Position numbers and translations under genes: made by a program. A stretch of DNA of 60,717 bases from a virus (taxonomy: Duplodnaviria; Caudoviricetes), in IMG/VR virus record IMGVR_UViG_3300036798_000105, positions 1 through 60,717 of that record; one strand, given 5' to 3'. The notes beneath the pieces were generated by a model. It searched no databases and was not told the DNA's origin. It saw only the letters and a program-made list of their open reading frames with translations. This document shows, piece after piece, positions 48,769 to 56,741 of this stretch. The number at the start of each line of letters is the position of its first letter. Position 1 is the first letter of the stretch.

Positions 48769-49224
48769 CTAGGGGTTCAGGTCTGAGGACTGGAATGCAC
48801 CGTATGCCTTGGAGGCAATCATCACCAGCCGCGCGTCGACACCCTTGGGGAACAGATCTGCGTACTCGCGCTCGATCCACTGCGTGAAGCGGACCATGGC
48901 CGGCGTGATCTCCTTGGTGGCGTAGCTGCGGTGTCCGGTGACGCGCGGCTCCTTGGCCGGCTTTGGCTCTGGCTTCTTCTGCTTTGCCAGTTCCCGCGCC
49001 AGCGCTTCCGACTGCTCCTTGATGGCCGCCGCCTTCGCGGCCCTGGTCTGGGCAGCCTTCTGAGCAGGCGTCAGGATCTCAGGCGCTGGCGCCTTTGCGA
49101 CCGGCTTGGTTGTCGTCACCAGCTCGGGACCGGAACGGCCGGACGGTCCCTGGTTTGACTCGGCATTCTTGCTCGGACGCCGGTTGCGACGAGTCGGAAT
49201 CTTCTCGGCTTGGGTGGTAGACAT
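48769..49224 (-). CDS. 151-aa Lys/Ala-rich protein, paralog of 52038-52412
   Basis: AMVRFTQWIERE...VDARLVMIASKAYGAFQSSDLN; SD AGAAAGG. Confidence 0.8.
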   Translation of the reverse strand: MSTTQAEKIPTRRNRRPSKNAESNQGPSGRSGPELVTTTKPVAKAPAPEILTPAQKAAQTRAAKAAAIKEQSEALARELAKQKKPEPKPAKEPRVTGHRSYATKEITPAMVRFTQWIEREYADLFPKGVDARLVMIASKAYGAFQSSDLNP

Positions 49225-49266
49225 TAGTCGCCTTTCTGGGTGATTCTCGGTTTCGCTTACGTACGT

Positions 49267-49295
49267 AGCTTACCCGCTACGCGGGGTTGCGTCTA
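49267..49295 (-). promoter_or_regulatory. Predicted promoter TAGACG-N17-TAAGCT
   Basis: Shares GCGGGTA.GCT(T)ACGTACGTAAG with the promoter at 51921-51943. Confidence 0.6.
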
Positions 49296-51112
49296 GTCCT
49301 CATTTTCCGGGCGCAGGCGCACGAAGTTGATGTTGACCTCATACAGGCCGGTGACGCTCTGGATGAAGTACCAGCCATCCTCCAGGAAATTCCTGTCGGG
49401 TGCGTTGGGTGACGGGGCACCAATCGTGTCATACACGGTGCCGTCGATGTCGAAGATGTCCTCGACACTGAACTTGACCTTGGTGCCTATCGGGTATGGA
49501 TGTTGTATGGTCATACTGCTCCTAATGCGGCATATGGGTGATGGTCTTGCCGACTTCCCCGTTGAGCTGGCCCATCTGGATCGCATCCACGAACTCGGTG
49601 TACTCGCCGTACAGATCTGGTTGTGGCACGCTGTTGATCAGCATCGTGCCTGTGCCGTCATCGACACCCAGGACGAACGCGCCTGGCCCATGAATCCGCG
49701 CGACGAGTACGGTGCTGTCGCTGATTACGGTGAGCTTGACTGCCTCGTACAGCGCCCAGTTGATGTCTGCCTCGTTCATCTTCGCCTCTCAGGACATCTT
49801 GACGACTAGGGTACACGGCTGGCTGACGTAGCTGACATCCTCGAACCAGCCATCCATGCCGTTTGTTGACGCCCAGCTTGTCGCCGAGTGAAGGTTCGCG
49901 AACCGAATCCGCGCGGACCCGACATCCTTGGTCAGCAGCTCACCGTGGTACGCCCTGAGGATGACCTGGGAAAGCTTCTGGTCCATCGTCAGCTCGAATT
50001 CGTCAGACATTCGCTTCTCCGTTCCTCCGGCCGCGCGTTCGCGGCCTTACGTCCGTAGCCTACCCGATCGCGCGCGAATCTCCTAATCGTGGTCAGGGTG
50101 GATTGGCCTGCGGACGATGACGTCAAAGTGGTCAGGCCATGAGAATGTCCGGTCACGGGCAACCTGGAAGCTGATCTCCTTTCCTGGCATTGGAGTGCCG
50201 CTCTTGCTGCCTTTGCGTGGCCTGACGACCCAACCATGTTTGCTCTCGATGGTGCGCACGGCACTGTTGACGATCAGGCCGCGCATGTTCATCTGCTTTG
50301 GCACCTTGATGACAAAGTCGCCAACGCGCAGATCCTGGATTGCGATGGTTTCCTCCGGGCCGAAATGGATTGTCGGGATTGGATCGTAGCTGCCTGGTGT
50401 GGGTGCTGATTCCCGCATGTTTCTCCCTAGAATGGTGGTGTGTTCTCGCTGGCGAGGATGGTGATGAAGCGCTCGACATTACACAGGTGATTCACGGCGT
50501 TGACGGCGAACTTGAAGTCTTTGGTCCGGCAGGATCTTGGCTGGCTCACCCAGATGTCGTCAAGGGCGAGGTACACGATATCGCCAATGTAGTTGGCCAT
50601 GTCGTGAGCACCACCACGGTAGATCTCATAGCGAGTGGCATCTGTATGGCGGCCAGGCTTGATCTTCACGGCGATGTAGTTCACGGGCAATGATGCCTTG
50701 AGGACACTGAAGTTGCTGACGCCGAAACCTCTGATAGACATGTTGTCCTTTCGTGGAAGTGGGAAGTGGTAGTGGTAGGATCTCCTCAATGGACCCTCCT
50801 TGCAGCGGAGGGTTACCCTCCTTACACCACTGACTGTGAAGTGGTCAGCTCAAGGCCATAGCCATTCTTGTCAGTCCAGTCGAACACGTAGTTCAGTCGT
50901 GCGGTACGATCGTGGAGTCGTACCCACTTGCCGTAGAACTTCTGCTTGTACTCATCGCGGTCGGCCGCGTCGTTGAAGATGACGAAGATGGTGGGCATGC
51001 CGTGAGCGTCAATCCACTTCCGGCAGAGGTTGTAGTTGACGTTGACGATGCTGCCTACGACGGCCGCGAAGTCGATGACTTCTGGGGTTTTCGTTGGTCC
51101 TGTGACGTACAT
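49293..51112 (-). other. Run of small leftward early genes (49293-49514, 49522-49779, 49789-50010, 50083-50418, 50427-50741, 50822-51112)
   Basis: ORFs with SD sites, separated by CA/TG-free promoter islands. Confidence 0.6.
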
Positions 51113-51384
51113 TTCGTGTCTCTCTTTCCTCTACGCTCCGGCGTTCCGGCGCTACGTACGGAGTCTATACGACGGAATCGGCGATAGCGAATCGCTTGTT
51201 TTCGCTGGTCAACACATTTTGGTGGTGTCGGTGGCTGGCTGGCTGGCCGGGACAACATACACACACATTTCGCGGGAATTTTTCAAAATCATGTGCGCGG
51301 GATGAACGCCCATCGGCTGGGGTCGACCCCACTGGGGTCAATTGAGGTCGAATGTAGTCGACTACATTTTTTAGGCCCTGGTTG

Positions 51385-51500
51385 AACTCAAAAATTATTT
51401 CTGACATTTTAGTCAAACTCGAAAATTTTTCCTGACATTTTAGGCAAACTCCAAACTTATTTTCGACACTATAATCAAACTCAAAAATTATTTTGACGCC
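51385..51500. repeat. AT-rich 31-bp tandem repeat (about 3.7 copies)
   Basis: AACTC starts at 51385, 51416, 51447 and 51478; unit is about AACTCAAAAATTATTTCTGACATTTTAGTCA. Confidence 0.85.
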
Positions 51501-51902
51501 GCTAGGCGACGGGACACAATTTTTCAATCTACTGTAGTCGACTACCTCAGACGCCCATCGGTCGTACCCCAATGTTTTCGCCTCCTCCCGTTTGTAGTCG
51601 ACTACCTTTTCCCTACGCCGGTAGAACGCGATCCGGCGCGCCGGAAATTCCCGGAAAATCCGGCGGATTTTCGGAATATTCCGCTCGCCGCGCGAAGCGG
51701 AGGAGCGCTCCGAATTTCGTTCGGAAGCGGAGGAGCGCTCCGAAATTCCCGATTTTCCGCGCGGATTTTCGGGAATTTTCTCCGGGGATTTTCCGTTCGC
51801 GCGCGCGCCGCGCGGTAAGTAGGAGTCGCGCGTAAGCGGAGGCCGCCTCCGAAATTCCCGGAAAAAAGAGATCTACGTCTCGTCGGAAAACCGCCTAGAA
51901 AT

Positions 51903-51931
51903 TTTCTTTTTCGCGATCCGGCGGGTACGCT
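51903..51931 (+). promoter_or_regulatory. Predicted promoter TTTCTT-N17-TACGCT for the CA/TG-free gene
   Basis: GGG-TAnnnT architecture shared with the other islands. Confidence 0.5.
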
Positions 51932-52037
51932 TACGTACGTAAGGCCGGAACGAAAGAACCGGCCGAACCTCCGGCCGAACGCGCCGGAGTAGCGCGGAGC
52001 TAGCTCCGCTTTCTAACTAAAGAAAAAGGCGATTAAA

Positions 52038-52412
52038 ATCGACGCTAACGTTATTCCCGCCGCCGTAATTCCCGCCGCCGCCGCCGTAAAGGTCGCGTCG
52101 CCGGAAAAGACCGCGCCGGTTAAGACGGTAACTCGGAAGCCTAGCGCGAAGCGGCCTACGGCCGCCGAAATCGAGCTAGCGGCTCTTAAGGAGAAGCTAG
52201 CGGCGACGGAAGCGGAGCTAGCCGCTAGCGCGGCGCGTAAGCCTAGCGGGTATAAGCTCGCTAGCGTAGCTCCGCGCGCGATGACGGAATTCGCGACCTG
52301 GATTGAGCGCGAGTTCCCGGAGTTCGGAAAGGTCGACGCGCGTCTCGTTACGGTCGCGAGTAAGGCCTACCGCTATTTCCAATCGTCGGACCTTAATTCG
52401 TATTCGGGTTAA
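52038..52412 (+). CDS. Unannotated 124-aa protein with probable ATC start
   Basis: Open frame after TAA 52014; SD AAAGG 8 nt before ATC; C-terminus AMTEFATWIERE...VDARLVTVASKAYRYFQSSDLN matches 48769-49224. Confidence 0.85.
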   Translation: MDANVIPAAVIPAAAAVKVASPEKTAPVKTVTRKPSAKRPTAAEIELAALKEKLAATEAELAASAARKPSGYKLASVAPRAMTEFATWIEREFPEFGKVDARLVTVASKAYRYFQSSDLNSYSG

Positions 52413-52432
52413 TTCCTCTAGAATTCGAATTT

Positions 52433-52460
52433 CCGCCCGGAGTAATTCCGGGCGGTTATT
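52433..52460 (+). terminator. Hairpin terminator-like element
   Basis: CCGCCCGGA-GTAAT-TCCGGGCGG followed by TTATT. Confidence 0.6.
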
Positions 52461-52508
52461 CGGACTCTAGGAACCAAATAAATTCCCATTCAATCATAAG
52501 GATTTCCA

Positions 52509-52709
52509 ATGAATGATTCAGTCATGTTCCAGTCACTTTCAGGAATATTTCACCGCGTTGCTGTCGAGGACATCCAGGGCGCGATCTGCCATGACGATGA
52601 CTCGATGGTAGTCGTCTACACTGCCGGCGACTGTGACGTGTTCCGCGCGGTCAGCTGTGTGCCTGCCTACCGCGCAGAGCTTGAGCTGATTGCCCTGCGC
52701 TCAGCGTAG
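52509..52709 (+). CDS. Hypothetical protein
   Basis: SD TAAGGA before ATG. Confidence 0.55.
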   Translation: MNDSVMFQSLSGIFHRVAVEDIQGAICHDDDSMVVVYTAGDCDVFRAVSCVPAYRAELELIALRSA

Positions 52710-53282
52710 CCTGCCTGCCCCAGCCTGCCCAGTCCTAGTGGCTGGGCAGGCACACACACATATTGCCTGTGCGCCCATCGGTGACCAAAAACTTCAGTGG
52801 TTGGGGGTGGTATTGCCTACCCTCCCGATTGACCCTCCGCCAGCCAAGGAGGGACACTGCCCAGGAACCGCGCGAGCCATAGCATTGGACTGTTGTGGGT
52901 GTCGCCTCGTGCCCTGCCTGGCTGGCTGTGGCTGGGTGCGGCTGCCTGCCTGCCTGGGTGCGCCCATCGGTGGGCACTGCCGCCTACCTGCGCCCATCGG
53001 TGACAGTGCGGAGTCCCTACTGCGGTCGACTAGCTCCCAAATGGCTGTATACTAGGCGGTGTGCGCAGGGTACCCACACAGCACCACCCCCGTGAGACGC
53101 CCATCGGTGGGCTGTGAGGTGGCCATGCTAGCACCCAGCACGCCCATCGGTGGGCAATGGGGTGGGGGAGGACCCCCGACAAGGCTCAGGGGTGAGACCG
53201 TGGCGCACTAGCCGTCGTAAAGCGCGGCCAATTGTGGAACCTTGCCTGTTTGCCATTCCAGCCAATGCCCATGTGTGTGTGG

Positions 53283-53313
53283 AAAAGCCCGGCAGGCAAG
53301 TCGCCTACCGGGC
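53283..53313 (-). terminator. Intrinsic terminator
   Basis: Minus strand GCCCGGTAGGC-GACTT-GCCTGCCGGGC-TTTT just after the stop at 53330. Confidence 0.7.
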
Positions 53314-53329
53314 CATGGTTGTTGGGCTG

Positions 53330-53755
53330 TTACTGCTTCAGGTCTACCTTGACCAGCATACCCCCTACCTTCACGGGGCCGACGTTGACGGGGACCGGGC
53401 CGACACAACCGAGTCCGTTGGGGGCGATCCCGGCGGGGTCACTTCCGGCGTGGGTCGGCTCGACAGTAGCGCACAGCGTCACCGTGCCGTCGCCGTTGTT
53501 GGTCCAGGTCTTGCTAGTGAACTTGAGCTGTTCGAGGACGCCTGGGGCGATGAAGAACGTACATGCGCCTCCCTGACTCGTTGCGGTGCCGTCAGACAGT
53601 AGGCCGCCTCCGGTCCAGCATCCCTGGCCGTTTGCCGCGACGACGAACGAGCCTACTACAGATGCTCCTGAATCGGCAAGAGCGGTGCCGGAGAACCCGG
53701 CTACCGCCAATGCCGCCGCCGATATGGCGACTGCTGCGGATTTCCTTATAGACAT
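53330..53755 (-). CDS. Secreted protein with Sec signal peptide
   Basis: MSIRK-hydrophobic-TALA/D; four Cys; SD GAAAGGG. Confidence 0.7.
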   Translation of the reverse strand: MSIRKSAAVAISAAALAVAGFSGTALADSGASVVGSFVVAANGQGCWTGGGLLSDGTATSQGGACTFFIAPGVLEQLKFTSKTWTNNGDGTVTLCATVEPTHAGSDPAGIAPNGLGCVGPVPVNVGPVKVGGMLVKVDLKQ

Positions 53756-53932
53756 TTGTCCCTTTCGCTTTCCGACAGGGCTTTCCTGCCGGGTATAGCC
53801 CCGCCCGTGCGCCAGCGGTTTCTGGGGAGGTTGTGTCGCACGGGCGGGAGTCATTAGGGCCTACGGGGAGGTAGGTTTATGGGGAGGTCACAGGCCCGGA
53901 TGATCTTGGGGCCGTCCTGGCCGGTCACGGCG

Positions 53933-54343
53933 CTACCCTGAGAATCGGGCTTGGGCGTCGATGACGCTTGTCCCTCTGGAGGTACGTACCTCGACAGTAG
54001 CCGAACGGGAATCTTCTTTGGCACGACGAGCGATCTCCTTGCGAATAGCACCGCGGTGTTCGCGGGACATGAAGAACCCGGACTCGATGAGTCCCTTGGG
54101 GCTGTAGTTCCGGGGGTACTTGTAGCTGTTCTTCGCCGCGTCCGGCGTCCAGGAAGACGTCAGGTACCGCGCCCGGACTACGCCGCAGCCACGGTCGCAC
54201 GAGCCGACGAGGAGATGGGCTCCGTGTGGGCGCTTCTCGATGTTGTCGTACAGGTCCGCGTTCCAGATATGCCCAAGGTCCCAGCACACCAGAATTACTG
54301 TATCAACCTCGCCGACCCATTTCTTGAACTGCGGTTCTAGCAT
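53933..54343 (-). CDS. Hypothetical protein (C...H, CxxxC)
   Basis: SD GAAAGG before ATG. Confidence 0.6.
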   Translation of the reverse strand: MLEPQFKKWVGEVDTVILVCWDLGHIWNADLYDNIEKRPHGAHLLVGSCDRGCGVVRARYLTSSWTPDAAKNSYKYPRNYSPKGLIESGFFMSREHRGAIRKEIARRAKEDSRSATVEVRTSRGTSVIDAQARFSG

Positions 54344-54354
54344 TACGTCGCCTT

Positions 54355-54621
54355 TCAGAACTTATTCGCGTAGTTGGCCTTACACTGGAGCATGATGGAC
54401 GTTACCGTACTGCGCTCGTTAGGGGTGAACGCCCACCCTTCATCTTCGGAGCGCTTCAGCAGCCAGTCGAGAAGGTCTATGGTGAAGAGAGGGAGCTGGT
54501 CGCCGGACATCTCAAGCGCGTTCGCCCGGTAGGCTACGTCGAGCATAACGTGCATAAGCCCGATGGCATGGCCCCTGTACATAGGCCAATGCTCTTCAAG
54601 GTACTGCGATATGAGTAGCAC
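54355..54621 (-). CDS. Hypothetical protein
   Basis: ORF downstream of a promoter island. Confidence 0.5.
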   Translation of the reverse strand: MLLISQYLEEHWPMYRGHAIGLMHVMLDVAYRANALEMSGDQLPLFTIDLLDWLLKRSEDEGWAFTPNERSTVTSIMLQCKANYANKF

Positions 54622-54704
54622 CCTTCCCCCATCCTCTATACCGTCGCTAGGACTAGCCTACCCGATACCGGCCGGAAAGGGAAGGCTTTTCCGAAAACAA
54701 TTTC

Positions 54705-55226
54705 CTAGTATGTCCAGAGTTCCGCCGCAAACTCCGGGTTTGAGCGCGCCCGCCGGAGTCCTGTGATGGCGTGACGCAGAGCCGCGCGGACATGGTCACT
54801 TCCCTTTGGCCATAGGTTCCATGCCTTCAGGCGCTCATCTGTCGCGGTACTGAATGCCATGCTGCGGCTCTGGAAGTGAAGGGTTGAGTCCCCGAGCTGC
54901 TTCTGGTGCTTGAGGAGGGTCATCATCGCGCCTAGGCGAACGGGGGATAGGGCCTCAGGATCGGTCGAGTGAAAGGTAGGGTCCTGGTCCCATGCCTCCA
55001 TGATGAGGGCGACACCCGTCTTGTAGTCTAGTGACTGAACTTCCCGCGCGAGCCGGGCAATTTCGATTGCCTGCGCGGGTTCCGGCCCTTCAAACTCTCC
55101 CCAGTCATGTTCCCAGATGGCGGACGGGGCATCCCCGAATATACAGGCGCGCGGTACTGTCATGAGATACCAGCCGGTTGTACCTCCGGGGTCGATCCCC
55201 ATGATGTGAAGATGATCTGTCGGCAT
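54705..55226 (-). CDS. RuvC-like Holliday junction resolvase
   Basis: GIDPGGTTG, LIME, H...A.RH; SD GGAGG. Confidence 0.75.
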   Translation of the reverse strand: MPTDHLHIMGIDPGGTTGWYLMTVPRACIFGDAPSAIWEHDWGEFEGPEPAQAIEIARLAREVQSLDYKTGVALIMEAWDQDPTFHSTDPEALSPVRLGAMMTLLKHQKQLGDSTLHFQSRSMAFSTATDERLKAWNLWPKGSDHVRAALRHAITGLRRARSNPEFAAELWTY

Positions 55227-55436
55227 TCCTCCCCCTCAGTCAATTGCCGAGCCGGCCACAGAGTGCGCTCTTAACCTCCATGACCGGCTCGGACGCACCA
55301 CGGAGAAAGGCGACTAAAACCGGGGCGCGCTTTCCGAGCCTATCCTACCGGCGAGGGAAAGGGAAGAGGGCAAACGAAACAACTTTCGAGCGGCCGGGCG
55401 GAAGAGTATTCTTGTCCGCGAATAAATATCCGGGAC

Positions 55437-55466
55437 TAGACTTGCAGCATGTCTCGGGAGTATACT
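55437..55466 (+). promoter_or_regulatory. Predicted promoter TAGACT-N18-TATACT
   Basis: Upstream of the primase. Its spacer is an exception that contains CA/TG. Confidence 0.6.
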
Positions 55467-55561
55467 CGGGTACTTCCGCGTAAACGCGGGGGAAACGGAA
55501 AGTAAATAGATGGCGGGCCAGGGTAGCAGCCCCGACCCGCCCGAATGAGGGGAGTAGTCTC

Positions 55562-56584
55562 ATCTCTAACGACTATAGCCGACCGGACGATGGAAGTAAA
55601 GACCTTCGCGGAAAGAAGTCTTTCCCATTCCGGGAAGGGGCCGGGTACTACCGGATGCTTGGCTGGACAGGCACTATCCCGGTCGCGCGGCAAGGCACAA
55701 AAGCCCCCTTGGTCAAAGGTGTAACTGGACATAATGGCAATGATGTCGATGACGGCGAGCTGCGCCGGCTCATCAGGCAGTACCCACAGGCGAATCTCGG
55801 GCTGCGGCTGCCGTGGAACATTATCGGCATTGACGTGGATGCTTATGAAGGCCGGCAGGGCAGCGCAACAATCATCAACCTGGCTGAGCGCCTCGAATGT
55901 CACCTGCCGCTTACGTGGCGCTCAACTTCCCGTGCGCCAGAGGATGGTGTGTCAGGGATCTACCTGTTCCATGCGCCTCGCACCGCGCGAAGAGTGTGGG
56001 TGACGGACCTTGGCCCTGGCAGCGGTGTCGAGATTGCGCAATATCATCACCGGTTCGCGACTGTAGCGCCGAGTGTCCACAATTCAACCGGGCGCGTGTA
56101 CAAGTGGTGGCGTGATGATGCGCGGGTAAATCCTCCCCAGCCAGAAGACCTTCCCGACCTGCCGGTTCCGTGGGCGCGGTATCTCATGTCTGAGCGTGAC
56201 TATGCCATCATGAAGCAGGCGCAAGAGCCGGAAGTCCTGGAGTGGTATGCTCGCGTAGGTCCGGGGGCGATGTGTACATGGATGTCACAGTCGGCCGAGC
56301 GGGAAGCTGCTAAGGTGCGTGTTGCTGGGGCGCTAGGCGGACTTCATGACACGCTATGCCAGGCGGTTACGCACCTATGCATGAATGCGGCCGAGGGGCA
56401 TCTTGGCCTAGAGCAGGCACTCGGCATCATAGAGCATGACTTTTCACACGCAGGACGCCGCCGGAACCTACGCTCGGAGTGGGCCGGGGCAGTCAATACG
56501 GCAATGGCTAACGCCGCCGCTATTCCACAGGAAGAAATAGACGTGTGCTCGATGGCGAGCACCGACTGGAGGAAGATGTCGTGA
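55562..56584 (+). CDS. Bifunctional DNA primase/polymerase (start uncertain: ATC 55562 or ATG 55655)
   Basis: GW...P, K.P, NLGLRLP..IIGIDVD, APSVH..TG..Y.W. Confidence 0.85.
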   Translation: MSNDYSRPDDGSKDLRGKKSFPFREGAGYYRMLGWTGTIPVARQGTKAPLVKGVTGHNGNDVDDGELRRLIRQYPQANLGLRLPWNIIGIDVDAYEGRQGSATIINLAERLECHLPLTWRSTSRAPEDGVSGIYLFHAPRTARRVWVTDLGPGSGVEIAQYHHRFATVAPSVHNSTGRVYKWWRDDARVNPPQPEDLPDLPVPWARYLMSERDYAIMKQAQEPEVLEWYARVGPGAMCTWMSQSAEREAAKVRVAGALGGLHDTLCQAVTHLCMNAAEGHLGLEQALGIIEHDFSHAGRRRNLRSEWAGAVNTAMANAAAIPQEEIDVCSMASTDWRKMS

Positions 56585-56741
56585 GTGACAACCGCCGTGA
56601 TGACAATGACGAAATCAAGTTCAGGCTAATAAGCCTTTTTGACGTCCCCGATATAGAGTCAGAAGAGGAGGTGGATGTCTTCGTCCAAGTCAACTGGGAT
56701 CAGGTTACGCCGAAGTACCCGGATGACTTGAATGAACTGCC

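Noticed and set aside
51385-51500. 31-bp repeats or CGCCCATCGG repeats as a CRISPR array
   Set aside because: The first are tandem with no spacers; the second are short and irregularly spaced.
51165-51835. ORF-track calls 51165-51572(-) and 51572-51835(+)
   Set aside because: They translate DNA repeats, lack SD sites and have atypical composition.
52690-53602. Overlapping ORFs in the 52.7-53.6 kb repeat region
   Set aside because: Low-complexity repeat translations or antisense to the secreted-protein gene.
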